From NCBI RefSeq assembly GCF_035594765.1, contig NW_026943821.1:20367608-20431607 (forward strand): a stretch of DNA of 64,000 bases, written 5' to 3'. The notes beneath the pieces are model-generated. The model was given only the letters and a program-made list of their open reading frames with translations, did no database searches and had not been told where the DNA came from. Shown here one piece after another: positions 44,979 through 64,000 of this stretch. The stretch is from Anolis carolinensis. Taxonomy: Eukaryota. The number at the start of each line of letters is the position of its first letter. Position 1 is the stretch's first letter. The position numbers and the translations under genes are program-made.

Positions 44979-46435
44979 TTTCTTATATACTGCCTCCATC
45001 TCCCCGAGGGGACTCAGGGCGGCTCACATGGGGCAAAGCCCTAAAAACAACAGTTGACATATACATAAAATAGTGCAAGTTACAACATTGAAATACATAG
45101 CAAATACACAGTTAGGATTGGGATTCAAAGTGCTACAATTGTGTCGCTGCCCACTGGGATTATGACAACACCGAGGCCATGATGTCAATTCTGCATCCTC
45201 ATCACAACCATTGCAGGCTTCCCTCTGATGTTATTGTGTGTATGTGCTTGTTCATTGGTCAGCAACACTTTCAAGCAGGGAGCAGATATGTGAAGTTAGG
45301 TGACATCCTTTTGTGACCCGTTGTCTTACCCAAAATTGAACTGCAATTCCTGGTAAGTAAATAATTAAGTTCTAAAGAGGGGTGTGTGAATCCAAGGGCC
45401 CAAAGAACAAAGATCTGCAGCCAATATTATTTTTATAAATACTTTATTAATTAATGTTGAGACACTAAACACATTTACTGTGCATTACACTATATCACGA
45501 TTTTTGTTCCTGGGTTATGAATGTCATTTCCTAATTGGTTCTATTAAACTGCAAAAACTTTGTTGTTGCGGGAGGGACATCCTGCAGCACATTTTGCTGT
45601 AGTTTTTCAAGGAATATCTCATAGAGTCTTAACCAATTAATTCAACATAGTTTGTGGCAGCCACAAAAGCAAAGTTTCTGGAGTATAACAAATACTTTCA
45701 AAGTAAGGACCGCACAATTAAATAGGAACAGAACATTTTTCAAATTTTGTTACATAGTGTTGTTAATTGTTATTATTGTTGTTATTTGTGAGAACAAATA
45801 CGTTAACATTCTTTGAGATGAGATTTGAGTCCAAATCTAATTCTCTTCCTCCGGTCTGACTTGCTGACCCTATTTGTTTCGTTCCCTCTTTGGCAGTTAT
45901 CTAAACCCTGAAATGAAGCCACTGAACAGAAAGATGACAAAAGACAGAACACAAGTGAGTTTCTAAGGAGACAAGAAAGGGAAAAAAACACCCAGATGTT
46001 GCTTTTAACCTGAGCAGCTACTCATAGAAAAGCATTGAATATTATTTTTTAGCTTTATAAAACCAGTAGTGACTTTGTCTATTAAGAAAATGAGCTATAT
46101 TTATCCATTAACACGTTAGAGCCACATTTTGGCTACACTGTAGAATGGATGCAGTTTGATGCCCCTTTAATTGCCAATGCTATGGATTCCTGGGAGATGT
46201 ATAGTTCCATAGCAATTTGAGCTCTGGCTGTTAAAGTGGTGTTAAACTGCATTTATTCTACAGTGTAGACACACCCTATGATATTTACCTGTAGAGCAGA
46301 AAGGCCATAGATGGATTACTAACTATACTATTTCTGATATTTTCCGCCTGTAAGGACTATCCAGGTATTTCCCAAAGGACCTCAGGTTCAGGCCAATGGA
46401 GGAGACCCACAAACTTACCCTGCATCATACAGTGA

Positions 46436-46482
<47 letters not shown>

Positions 46483-47982
46483 TTAATAATTAATAATAAT
46501 TATAACTCAGCTGCTATCAGGACCTCAAGATTGAACTTCAAAGACTCTGGCAGAAACCAGTGCAGGTGGTCCTGGTGGTGATAGGCACATTGGGTGCCGT
46601 GCCAAAAGATCTCAGCCGGCATTTGGAAACAATAGACATTGACAAAATTACGATCTGCCAACTGCAAAAGGCCACCCTACTGGGATCTGCATGCATCATC
46701 CAAAAATACATCACACAGTCCTAGACACTTGGGAAGTGTTCGACTTGTGATTTTGTGATACAAAATCCAGCATATCTATCTTGTTTGCTGTGTCATAATA
46801 AAATAATAATAGTAATACATCATGCAGTTCTAAACGCTTGGGAAGTGTTCGACTTGTGATTTTGTGATACGAAATCCAGCATATCTATCTTGTTTGCTGT
46901 GTCATAATAAAATAATAATAATATATCACACAATCCTAAACGCTTGGGAAGTGTTCGACTTGTGATTTTGTGTTATGAAATCCAGCATATACATCTCATT
47001 TGCTGTGTCATACTCTGTCTTTGTGTCAATAATAATAATAATAACAAAACAACAACAACACTATGTAACACGATTTTTGTTCTCGGGTTATAAATGTCAT
47101 TTCCTAATTGGTTCTATCATAAAAACATGGAAAAAGTTTATTAAACTGCAAAACTTTTTGTTTCTGCAGAAGGGACATCCTGCAGCACATTTTGCTCTAG
47201 TTTTTCAATTAATATCTCATAGATTTTCAACCAGTTCAGCATAGTTTTCTCTCTTCATCGAAACCTAAAGTAGCTCATAGATGACTGAGATGGTCAAATG
47301 GTTGCTAATGACCTTTTTTGACCACCTTGGTCATCCACACAACACTGCGAGGTAGGACTCAGCTGCCCTTCCCAGATTCAGACCTGCCAATGCCACCAAT
47401 GGTGGCCCGCCCTTCCTTCCTTTCTTGCAGCATCTTCCGCAACGGGGACCTGCTGAGCCCCCCTTTCCGCCTGATCCTCAACAAGAGCCTCCTGCAAGAC
47501 TGGGGCGCCATCCTCGAACTCCTGTCCGAAAAGGCCAACCTGCGCAGCGGAGCCGTCAGAAAGTGAGTCCCAGGAGACAGCTAAAGGCTACTCCTTACAG
47601 AGTAGCCCACAGAGTCTGCATGACAAGGCTGGTTTAAATGCCCAGGAGCAGAATGAGAGTTCAAAGCAGATTGCAGCATATTTCACCCAAATTAGCGAAT
47701 GACAGCTCCTTCATCTCCTTCCTTGGGTTTTTTAATGTTTATTATTGGACTTGATAACCTTTCAAAGAGACTTTGGAAAGAATGTTGCATGGAGAAATAG
47801 TGCAATGGAATTGAATATTGCATGGAGAAATAGTGCAACGGAAGTGAGTGTTGCATGGAAAAATAGTTCAATGAAATTTAATGTTGCATTGAGAAATAGT
47901 GCAATGGAAGTGAGTGTTGTATGGAGAAATATTGCAATGGGAGTGTTGCATTGAGAAATAGTTAAACAGAATTTAGTGTTGC

Positions 47983-48014
<32 letters not shown>

Positions 48015-49567
48015 AAGTGCAGGTGGTCCCGGTGGTGATCAGCACATTGGGTGCCGTGCCAAAAGATCTCAGCCAGCATTTGGAAACAAAATCACGATCT
48101 GCCAGCCTCAAAAGGCCACCCTACTGGGATCTGCACACATCATCCGAAAATAAGCACACAGTCCTAGAGACTTGGGAAGTGTTCGACTTGTGATTTTGTG
48201 ATATGAAATCCAGCATCTCTATCTTGTTTGCTGTGTCATAATAAAATAATAATAATTTATTTGTTTGACCAGTCATATGACCATTTCAAAGTGCAACATA
48301 AATAAAAGCAAGGCAAAAAGGATGGGAGGACAGCAGCTGACCTTCTGTTTGCCGTCAAAAATCTTATTTTCCTGATTCTTCTTTCAGGAAATGTGCTCTT
48401 TTCTTGATAGCTTTCAGGATAAAAAGGCTTATTCTGATTATGGTGGATCTTTTTTGTCCTTGCAAGAGGACTGTCAGAAGATCATTTCTGTTGGACCTAA
48501 AATTAGATAGTAATGGATGAAAATATCTGTGTCAAAGTTCAGCATATGCTGGGCCGTCAATCAAAAAATGTTCGATATCTTTCACTATTTGTTCTCCCCA
48601 GACACAAAATTTAGTGTTGCATGGAGAAACAATATAACTGAAGTGAGTGTTGTATGGAGAAATAGTGAAATGATGGAACTTATGGTATTTTGTGTTAGAA
48701 CGCAGTCTAAGTATAGTGTGTCTCTGCTCCAGAGTTATAGCATTATGATTTCACATTAATTGTCATGGATTCCTGGGATGTGTAGTTTGGTGAGGATCTC
48801 TCGGATGTTCCGTTCAATGACAGCAGTCCAGGGAATGGGCCAGAGAGGGAATTCTACAGCTTCTCCCCATACTACACATCTTCATGTTCCAAAAGCGGCC
48901 TGAAAGTGCTCCAGTGACATAGTACAGACAGGCCCTTGAGTCTGGCTCTTTCCCCAAAAAACAACGATCTTCCCCTCCTGCCCTCCAGGCTCTACAAGCT
49001 GAATGGGGAGCCGGTGCACGGCGGCAAGGAGCTGATCAGCGGGGACTACTACGTGGCCGTGGGGCTGGAGCCCTACAAGAACCTGCCGTACTTTGAGCTC
49101 CTGGTGCCCCCCAAGATGGTCCTCCAGTCCTTCCGGTAGGCGATGCAGGGCGTCAGGCCCAGCTGTGCAGAAGCATTGCTCGGGGACCCTCCCGACCAAA
49201 CCCAATCCTCCCCAAACACTCCTGCGGGATCGTTTAACATTTGGGTAGCCAACCAAGGGTGCCAAAAATTCCCGTATTGACCCAAGTCTCATGCGCCATT
49301 GAATCTAATGCGCTCCTGGAACTAAATTTTTAAGAATTGCTATGAATTTTCTCTTTTTGGACTTATAGGAACTTTCCCAATAACCGACGGTGGACCCAGA
49401 ATCAAGGGGTAAGTAGGCATCTTTCCTTATTCCTCCCGTTTTGATATTCAGTGGTTATAGGAACATAAGCAATAGTTTGAAATAATTATCTTGCAACTTA
49501 TGTCATTGCTGGCCATTTTAAATGGCCCATTTGTGTCCTAAAGGGGTAGTTATGATATATAAGAAAA

Positions 49568-49601
<34 letters not shown>

Positions 49602-50165
49602 TATTATTATTATTATTATTATTATTATAAAATTACGATCTGCCAACTGCAAAAGGCCACCCTACTGGGATCTGCACGCATCATCCAAAAATACATCACA
49701 CAGTCCTAGACACTTGGGAAGTGTTCGACTTGTGATTTTGTGATACGAAATCCAGCATATCTATCTTGTTTGCTGTGTCATAATAAAATAATAATAATAA
49801 CAAAGTAATAATTATTATTATTATTATTATTATTGGGGGGCCCTGATGGCACAGTGTGTTAAAGTGCGGAGCTGCTGAACTTGCGGACCAAAAGGTCCCA
49901 GGTTCAAATTCTGGGAGCGGAATGAGCCCCCACTGTTAGCCCCAGCTTCTGCCAACCTAGCAGTTCGAAAACATGCCAATGTGAGTAGATCAATAGGTAC
50001 CACTCCAGCGGGAAGGTAACGGCACTCCATGCAGCCATGCCGGCCACATGACCTTGGAGGTGTCTATGGACAACACCGGCTCTTCGCCTTAGAAATGAAG
50101 ATGAGCACCAACCCCCAAAGTCGTCCACGCCTGGATTTAACGTCATGGGAAACCTTTACCTTTAC

Positions 50166-50221
<56 letters not shown>

Positions 50222-52002
50222 TTTATTTCTTACCCATCTCTCCTCGTGGCTCGAGGCAGGTTACAACATAGTTAAAACACACAATCATTGCAAACATTCT
50301 ATAAAACACACATATTGAAACGTAATAATAATATAGTTTGGATGCACCCTAGATTGCTGACTCTCCACCCGACTATAAGCCCCAGGATCCCTTAGCATTA
50401 AGCCATGGCAGTGAAAGTGGTGTCAAACTGCATTAATTCTGCAGTGTAGATGCACCTGCAGATTGCATGTGGCTTTTTGCAGCCATGGGGCGGTTAATGG
50501 CTTGGTTGCCCACCAGTATGGTCTTTCTGTTCCCAGATTGGCAAGCTCCTTTTGCTTTCCCAAGACGGGTGCAACGACTCCGAATTCCTTGAACCACCAC
50601 AGCAGGTAAAGGAAGGGGATGGACTTGAACATTTCCCTGCCTCTGCCTTTGCTTTTACCTTTTCTTATTATGTTTTTCTTAAGGTGTGTCCTTCTCTTGA
50701 CCAGGACCCGCAGCCGGCCCAGTCCACCGGAGCAGAGCAAGCCGAAAAGGCCCCCATTGGCCCCACTGCAGCATCTCTAGGGCACAAACCGAGCAGGAGA
50801 CACCAGGAGAAGGAGGCATCGGTTTTCCATGCCAAGGCAGCCCAGACGGAAGGAGCCAGCCAGCAGCCACGTCGGAGCATGGAGCAAGGTAGGAATTGGG
50901 GGAAAATAATAGAGGGATTTCTCAGGAATGATGGGAAACTATGTCGAGGATCACAATATATCAGTCTGAGAACCAGTGTACAACCGTAAGAGCTCATTGA
51001 TGAAAAGAAATATAGTTTAAAATATTATTATATTTATTATTATTATAAAACATTGTTGTTATTATTAATATAAAGCATTACAGTAGAGTCTTACTTATCC
51101 AACACTCGCTTAACCAACATTCTGGATTATCCAACGCATTTTTGTAATCAATGTTTTCAATACATTGTGATATTTTGGTGCTAAATTCGTAAATGCAGTA
51201 ATTACTACATAGCATTACTGCGTATTGAACTACTTTTTCTGTCCAATTTGTTGTATAACATGATGTTTTGGTACTTAATTTGTAAAATCATAACCTAATT
51301 TGATGTTTAATAGGCTTTTCCTTAATCCCTCCTTATTATCCAAGATATTCGCTTATCCAACATTCTGCAGGCCTGTTTACGTTGGATAAGTGAGACTCTA
51401 CTGTATTATTAATAATACAAAATATTATTATTTTAAATATATATAACATCATCATTACTATTGTTGCTATTAATATAAAAACTATTATTATTATGATTTT
51501 GCTTTGTACCTCACTGTTTCTCTCCACAGAGGAGATTCAAAGCAGCTTACATGAAAAGCATTTCAATACCATTTAAATTCCAAAAATACAGTAGAGTCTC
51601 ACTTATCCAACACTCGCTTATCCAACATTCTGGATTATCCAAGCCATTTTTGTAGTCAATGTTTTCAATATATCGTGATATTTTGGTGCTAAATTCATAA
51701 ATACAGTAATTACAACATAACATTACTGCGTATTGAACTACTTCTTCTGTCAAATTTGTTGTATAACATGATGTTTTGGTGCTTAATTTGTAAAATCATA
51801 ACCTAATTTGATGTTTAATAGGCTTTTCCTTAATCCCTCATTATCCAAGATATTCACTTATCCAAGCTTCTGCCGGCCCGTTTAGCTTGGATAAGTGAGA
51901 CTCTACTGTATGCAAACATTAAAACATTATTAATAGACAAGTAATACTTATTATCATTCATAGTTATCATTATTTATTATTGTTAATAATAACAATATTC
52001 GC

Positions 52003-52055
<53 letters not shown>

Positions 52056-55000
52056 CACATTTCTTCCCTCAGAAAGGGAAGGTTCTCTCCTTCCAAAGGA
52101 AGAAACCATGTCCAATTCAGCCTCCCCAAATTCAGCATTTTCCCCTTCCATCTCTCTCCAAATTGATCATTCCAAAGGGTCCTACATGGAAGAATATCTA
52201 GGTTAGATTTTTCCCTATTGGGAGATATGGATTTTGCCAGCTGCTGTGGTTTGTTATATGTCTTTAGGTTGCTTCTGTTGTATTTTACGGTGTTCTTATT
52301 TTATTTTAGTGCTGTTTTTTGTTTTAATGGATTGTTTGCTTTTATGTCTGTTGGACTTTCTGTCGCATATGTAAGCCGAGTCCCTTTGGGGAGATGGTGA
52401 TGGGGTATTAAAATAGTATTATTATTATTCCTGGCAGAATTTGGTCAGAAGAGCTTCACCACAGTCTTCTTCTGAGGCTGAGAGAGTGTGGTTTTCATGG
52501 CCAAGCTGGGGATTTGAACTCTGGTCTTCCATCGCCCAATGCTCAAATCCCTCCACGTTTTATGCATTGATGTTTTTCCCTCTAGAAAGAAGCAGTGTCT
52601 ACAAAAGGAAAGGTGCGCTGAAGGAGGTGGCCCATGCGCCAGAGGTGGGGGAGGATGAGGACACGCAGGTGGAGCTGCCCTTGGACCAGGTAAAGGGGGC
52701 TCTCCTGGGGGAGAAAGGATATGTTTTGGACAGGTTCTGGTTTAACTTTTGAGAGCAAAATCATTCTACATAGTTGTAATGAAGTACGAATTTTGGTATA
52801 CAAATGTTATGTTTAATTGTGTGTTTGGGTTTTAAAAGGGTAAGTATTGCAGTTGCTGCATCTCAGCACTCAGAGGCTGGTTGCCATGGAAAAGTGGGCA
52901 GAGCCAACTGCTGGTTTGCTGAAGGATTGCAGAATTTTAAAAAGCGGGTCAGTCTGTGCCCTGATGAGGCACAGGGAAGATTGATCCTAGGTTGGAGGGA
53001 TCAAGGGAGACTCAATTGGTCATTTTGAGTCAGATTAAAATAAGTTTGGTGACTTATTTAATAATCTGTGTCTTAGTAAGGAACAGAGGATCTGTGATAG
53101 CATATCACAGGGGTGACTGTGGTATAAAAGTGGCAGAGGAATAGGGTTTAACTACCTTACATTAAAAGAAGTAATACTTTAGAGAGTTGATTCATCTTAT
53201 TCTGGAATTGTAACTGTTAATAAGAGTTACATAAGAACCAATATTGTAACCACTAAGCTCTGTGCCTGAATAAACTTGTTCTTGTTTTTCCAACATTGAA
53301 GTCTCTGTCATATATATTCTGAACCAAGTACGCTACCATCTGGAGTGAGTGGGAAGAAGAAAGAAGTAAAAGGGCTCCTCTCCTTGAATTTTTGGTGGTT
53401 GCATCTTTCCAAATTGGTGGCAGTTGTTTTTAGTTATTAGGCCCCTTTACAATTTGGTGACAGTAATAATTAAGCACCTTCACAATAGTGTAATCTTGTT
53501 AAAATCTGGATTCAGAAACTGGATTATAGACGGGTCCTGAATGAGACTGGTCCCTCGTAGATACTGTAAATATGTTTCAAGCATGTATTCATGGGAGTTA
53601 TGCTTTTATTTGCTGTTGGAAGCCTTCTCTATGGCACTAGTACCATAGAGTACTAGTGCCGTACCAAATTACAACTTCCAGGATTCCATAGCATTGAGCC
53701 ATGACAGTTATTCTGCAGTGTAGATGTGCCCAAAGTGGTGTCAAACTGCATTCATCCTACAGTGTAGATGCACCCGTGCTCCCAGTAAACATGCCAGCAT
53801 TTCAAGGATTTGCTGTTCATCAACGAGATGTTTCTCCACTTTGCAATTTCCCTGCTGCAATTGTCTCCTTTTTTTCTCCCTAGAAAGATGCAGAGACTGT
53901 GGAAGAGGAGGTTATCCCCAAGACCAAGCCTTTGCCACGCAAAAAAGTTAGCAGTCAATTTTAAACTCTCGTCTTGTAACCACTACATTTTAATCTTTGC
54001 TCTGTGTATTTTAACATACCATATATACTCAAGTATAAGCCGACCCGAATATAAGCCGAGGCACCTAATTTTACTACCAAAAAACTGGGAAAACATTGAC
54101 TCCAGTATAAGCCGAGGGTGGTAAATTTCAGAAATAAAAATAGATACCAATAAAATTACATTAATTGAGGCATCAGTAGGTTAAATGTTTTTGAATATTT
54201 ACAAAAAGCTCAAATTTAAGATAAGACTGTCCAACTCTGATCAAATCATTTTTCCCATCTTCTTCAATGTAAATATGCTTATGTAGTCTTTTAATAATAA
54301 TAGAGTAAAATAATACATGTAATAATAATATTAATAAATACAGGAAAATAATACATGTAATAATAACTAGAGTAAAATAATAAATGCAATAATAATAATA
54401 ATAAGATCAGAGTGAAATAATAAATGTATTAATAATAAAAATAGAGTAAAATAAATGTAATAGTAGCAACAATAATAGAGAAAAACAATAAATGTAATAA
54501 TACCAATAATAATAGAGAAAAATAATAAATGTACCATATATTCTCGAGTATAAGCTGACCCAAATATAAGCCAACCAAGACCCTCACCCGAGTATAAGCC
54601 AAGGGGGGCTTTTTCAGTCTTAAAAAAAGGGCTGAAAAACTAGGCTTATACTCGAATATATACAGTATGTAATTTGTAGAAATAATAATAATAATAATAA
54701 AAAAACTTTATTTATACCCCGCCACCATCTCCCCAGCGGGGACTCGGGGCGGCTAACATGGGGCCATGCGCAGAGCAATACAATATAATAAAATATAAAA
54801 ACAGCATATCATAGCATAATTAAAAGTAATACAATAGATAATAATAAACATCACATCAAGGAATCAAAAAACAGTAAAACAAGAGCAGGCTGCATGAACA
54901 CAAAGATAAAAGAAATACATTTTCATATGTGTATTTTGTATAACAGTTACGTGTTTGTAGCGATGCCTCAAGCCACAAGATGAGGCAGGTAAGAAATAAC

Positions 55001-55399
55001 ATTATTATTATTATTGTTAGCACTTATGGAAGTATTTTTATTGCATGCATCTTGCATAACAGAAGCAACCAATGCATTCCAGCTTTAAAAAGAGTGGGGT
55101 TTATTTGCTTTGGCACATATTAGGTTTTTATGGGAGCAAAGCTTGTTCTGCAACAATGAAACAAGCTTCTTTTATTTCTGTATCCTTTTTCACCTTTGTA
55201 AACGTTTCTTCCAGTGTTCTCGTCTTTTGTACATCTTTTATTTTCTCCCAACTCTTTCTGTGATAAACAGGTCGAGCCCACCGACAAAGTGCAGGCGGTT
55301 CATCCTATTCGGCGCTCGGCCGGAGACCCAGGACAGGAAGTGACCCAAAAGTACCATTTCCTTCCAACTTGGGGAAAGGCGGCTGCGTCGGAGAAATGA
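43351..55399 (+). CDS. DCDC2B: Doublecortin domain-containing protein 2B, 11 exons (start at 43351 or 43438)
   Basis: Exons 43351-43715, 45897-45954, 46355-46431, 47431-47562, 48989-49135, 49369-49408, 50537-50605, 50684-50888, 52586-52689, 53884-53946, 55271-55399; phase-consistent, 1389 nt. Two DCX domains ([11 protein letters not shown]..., [12 protein letters not shown]...), [13 protein letters not shown] motif, AATAAA at about 55488. Small 3' exons are less certain. Confidence 0.9.
44150..44577. mobile_element. hAT MITE with perfect 8-bp TSD, nested in a CAC-terminus element
   Basis: caggggtccccaaact TIRs; TSD ttctagag on both sides. Confidence 0.85.
47780..47985. repeat. About 33-bp tandem repeat, about 6 copies (echo at about 48610-48670)
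   Basis: gttgcatggagaaatagtgcaatggaa repeated. Confidence 0.8.
49836..50167 (+). mobile_element. Sauria SINE; other copies about 26285-26500, 37040-37735 (split), 58790-59112, 62388-62725, and inside the Helitrons
   Basis: tRNA-like head, core ttctgccaacctagcagttcgaaaacatgc, BovB-type 3' end (agtcggacacgact in the best-preserved copies) and (accttt)n tail. Confidence 0.85.
52805..53463 (+). mobile_element. Possible LTR with primer-binding-site remnant
   Basis: TGT...ACA bounds (52805-53451), internal TATAAAA and AATAAA, followed by ttggtgacag; no TSD found. Confidence 0.35.
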
Positions 55400-55994
55400 C
55401 CCTAACATCAGAGGCCCATTTTTGATTCCCCTGTGAGTGAGGTTTGGGGCGGTCTTTGCTCTCGCCCTCTCTCATGGAAATCCGTAAAATAAATGTGTAA
55501 AACCATCACGTTCTTTCCTTTAAAAGAGTCATAGAAGTGGAGACTGACAGGAACCAAAAGCCCAGGATCACTGGTTTTGCAAGAGGATGGAAGCTTGGCT
55601 ATTTGCTGCTGTAATGTTTGGAAGTGAAGAAAATATTGTAGTGGTTGAATGGGAATATGGGTACGAATTGTGACCTTTTAGTAGCCATAGTGGCACCAAC
55701 CAGGGGGCTGCATCAAGGGAAATCTAAATGGGAAACCTTTAACAGTACTTTGGTGCCATTCACAGTTCATTGACTGCACTATAAGAAGTTTTTTTAAAAC
55801 TTTACCAAAAGCAGAGGAATCTGTGCATCTAGACTCTGACTGGCAGACACAAAGTTGTTGTTGTTGTTGTTGTGTGACTTCAACTGTGATCCTGAGATGA
55901 ACCGATTGGGGCCTTTCTTGGCACGGTTTGATCAGGAGATATTTGCCATTGCCTTCCCTTGAGGCTCATCTACTCTTGAGTCCAAAGAGCCTCA

Positions 55995-61104
<5,110 letters not shown>

Positions 61105-61333
61105 GGCGACCGGTCATAGAATATGAGGGCTAGACTGACGCATCAAGTCCAACTTCCGGTATGGTGCGGCTCCTGCTTGACTTGGTTGACTGGAAGTCAA
61201 CCAAAACAGTGTGACGCTCTCTCACTTTTTGCATCTCTATAGACACCTCGCCCCGGCTTTCCGTTTCCGGTCTGATGCCGGAAGTGGCTCATGAGGCCTC
61301 TTCTGCGCCGCCCGGCCTTCTTTTGCCGCCGCC
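61105..61333. promoter_or_regulatory. Bidirectional promoter TMEM234/EIF3I
   Basis: Divergent ATGs 230 bp apart; ETS/GABP acttccgg, ccggaagt, tttccgg; CRE-like tgacgc twice; YY1-like gccgccat. Confidence 0.85.
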
Positions 61334-63900
61334 ATGGTGAGTCCCTCTCCGCCTGAAGACGTCCCTGAGTCGGTTTGGTGGCCAAATCCAGCCGGGTCTG
61401 GGCCTGGGCCTCTCCGTTGATGGCTTTGGAGCCTGGCCTGTTCCTGCTGTCCTTTTGGCTGCAGGCGAAAAGCCTTTGTATTCAGGCAGGCTGTTGAAAC
61501 GAAGTTTTGAGGCACAGGCCTTGGATTTGTCAATGTTTTGGAGCAGTTTGTGCCTTCCTCACTCTAATAAGGTTTTAACTCGGGCATAGGCAAACTTGGG
61601 CCCTCTCTCCAGGTGTTTTGGACTAACTCACACCATTCCTCACAGCCTCAGGCCCCTTCCTTTTCCCCCTCAGCCGCTTAAGCTTAAGTTTGCCCATGCC
61701 TGGTATAGAATATATAATTGTTTCAATTTGTTTGTCCACATCCAGTCCATTACGAATGACCGGCACTGGTTTAGGATCAGGACAGCTTCCTTGTCCATTA
61801 AAGAGGGGTTTAGGGATGGCTTTTTAAAATATAGACCCCACAACAATCAAAATAATAATTGGAATACAGTGTTCCCTCACTTATCGCAAGGTTCCAGGAC
61901 CACCCACAATAAGTGAAAATCCGTGAAGTAGGGACACTATATTTATTTTCATATTTATACATCATTTTAGTAGTTATACACTATTTTAAGTCTTTATCAA
62001 CCAACTGTGTGTTGATAAATTGCCGCCTCCTCCTCCTGTTGCCGCTTGGGCTTCTTTTTTCTCCCTTTGGCTTCTCCTTCCTCCCTTCCTTAGGCTGTAA
62101 ATTGTAATTTTTATGATTTATAATAGTCTTTTAGAGTTTATTGAAACACTGCGAAACAGCAAATCTGCGGAAAGTGAACCACGAAGTAGTGAGGGAACAC
62201 TGTAATAAGAAGAAGAATAGGAATGAGGTACTGTTCCATTATCTGAGAGGAATAATAATGATTATAGTAATAGTAATATATGAATAGGAATAATAATAAG
62301 AAGAAGAATAGGAATAATAATGGTAATAGGAATACTATTAATAATAGTAATAAGAATGGGAATATTAATGCTAATTGGAATGCTAATAGGAGCCTTCAGT
62401 GGCTCAGTGCGTTAAAGCACTGAGTTGCTGAACTTGCAGACTGAAAGGTCCCAGGTTCAAATCCAGGGAGCGGAGTGAGCGCCTGCTGTTAGCTCCAGCT
62501 TCTGCCAACCTAGCAGTTCGAAAACATGCAAATGTGAGTAGGTCAATAGGTACCGCTCCGGCGGGAAGGTAACAGCATTCCATGCAGTCATGCCAGTGGC
62601 CACATGACCTTGGAGGTGTCTATGGACAATGCCGGCTCTTCGGCTTAGAAATGGAGATGAGCACCAACCCACAGAGTCGGACACGACTGGACTTAACGTC
62701 AGGGGAAACCTTTAACTTTACCTTTAGGAATAACAGGAAAAAGAACTAGAGTACGAATAGGAATAATAATGATAATAAGAATAGTAGGAATACTACTAAT
62801 AAAAGGAATAATACGAATATGAATAAAAATAAAAAATAGGTATAAATTTACAACTGTTTGTGTTTCTTTCCATGTATCTTATAGAATATTTAATTTATAT
62901 GATACATGTTATCATGTTGTCGCTTGGTGTGCTATGTTTTATAAGAAATGTGCTGCTATTTATACCTTCTAAAAGCATTAAAAATAGATACAGCTTCACA
63001 GATTCAAAAAATAAAAACAGAGATAGAAATGAAAGCTCTACAAGGCAATATAGTTCAAAGACTTGTTAAAGCACATTGTTCTTTTCTTCCCACAGAAACC
63101 TATCCTCTTGCAGGGCCATGAGCGGTCGATTACCCAGATCAAATATAACAGGGAAGGAGATCTGCTTTTCACAGTCGCCAAAGATCCGGTAATGATTTTC
63201 TGGATCCTCCCCAACTTCTATATAAAGGAATTGAAAATCACTAATGTTATGATGTTCTGTTCCTCTCCTGGATGTGCTTCATTATGTTTTAATGACGCAG
63301 CCCAATCTATGAATTCTTCTTCTCCCAGATTGTTAACGTTTGGTACTCTGTCAACGGCGAGAGGCTTGGCACATACAATGGGCACACAGGAGCCGTCTGG
63401 TGCGTCGATGCTGACTGTATCCTTTGTCTTTAGGAAGCAAGCATGCTATTAAGACACAGATTTTCATTAATAAGACTGAGACAACTCTCAAGGTTCAGAG
63501 ACTCAGCATCTGGAGAGACTAGTTCAGTAACGGGCCCAACATTCATTTTTATTGCAGATCTTGCTTTGGATTAACTTTTATGGATTCTGATAAGTAATTG
63601 TGGGGCATAAAAAACTCTACAGGCCATAAGACTTGCATCAGATGGACTGATAAATCCATGAGTGAGAATATACAAGTGAATTGAGATGCAGTGGGTTATA
63701 CAAACCGGTTAATTGGAAGAATTAACATCGTACCATCTTTTGGATGCGTTGTCTAGATATTGATCTCTTGCAGTAGCTCATACTTTCTTCTGTACTGATA
63801 TAATGCGATGGGAGTTCCTTGACTGCTCCTTCAGGGGACACAAGGCATGTACTGACCGGCTCTGCGGACAACTCCTGTCGGCTCTGGGATTGTGAGACAG
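61334..63900 (+). CDS. EIF3I: Eukaryotic translation initiation factor 3 subunit I, exons 1-4 (continues beyond window)
   Basis: Exons 61334-61336 (ATG only), 63096-63188, 63329-63416, 63835-63900: M|[31 protein letters not shown]|[29 protein letters not shown]|[22 protein letters not shown]. Confidence 0.97.
63417..63834 (+). other. U12-type GT-AG intron of EIF3I
   Basis: 5'SS GTATCCTTT; branch point TTCCTTGAC at 63815-63823, 11 nt from the AG. Confidence 0.92.
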
Positions 63901-64000
63901 GTACAACTCAGAAACAAAGGCCTTTGGGAAAGTGGGCTAGAGGCAATGGGAACATGGTAAATATTGGGACAGGATAGATAGAGTCAAAAGCCTGTCCCAG

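Overview
Vertebrate genomic DNA from a squamate reptile; the repeat content (Sauria SINE, CR1, R4/Dong, Penelope-like elements, Helitrons, Mariner/hAT MITEs) points to an Anolis lizard. The window holds the gene block syntenic with human 1p35: TXLNA(+), CCDC28B(+), IQCC(+), DCDC2B(+), TMEM234(-) and the first four exons of EIF3I(+). I reconstructed the exon structures by hand from splice sites and reading-frame phase. Upstream of TXLNA, where human has KPNA6, there is a minus-strand, uninterrupted reading frame of at least 304 codons homologous to MCC. The ORF track misses it because it has no stop codon in the window. It is a candidate intronless MCC-family retrogene using the TXLNA promoter in reverse. 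Other notable items: a tandem pair of intact Penelope-type hammerhead ribozymes in TXLNA intron 1, a head-to-tail Helitron concatemer carrying cargo from other transposons in CCDC28B intron 1, two U12-type introns, a probable 3' antisense overlap of DCDC2B and TMEM234, and several chimeric tandem repeats. Two assembly gaps are present. All homology calls are from recalled protein sequences, not from database searches.
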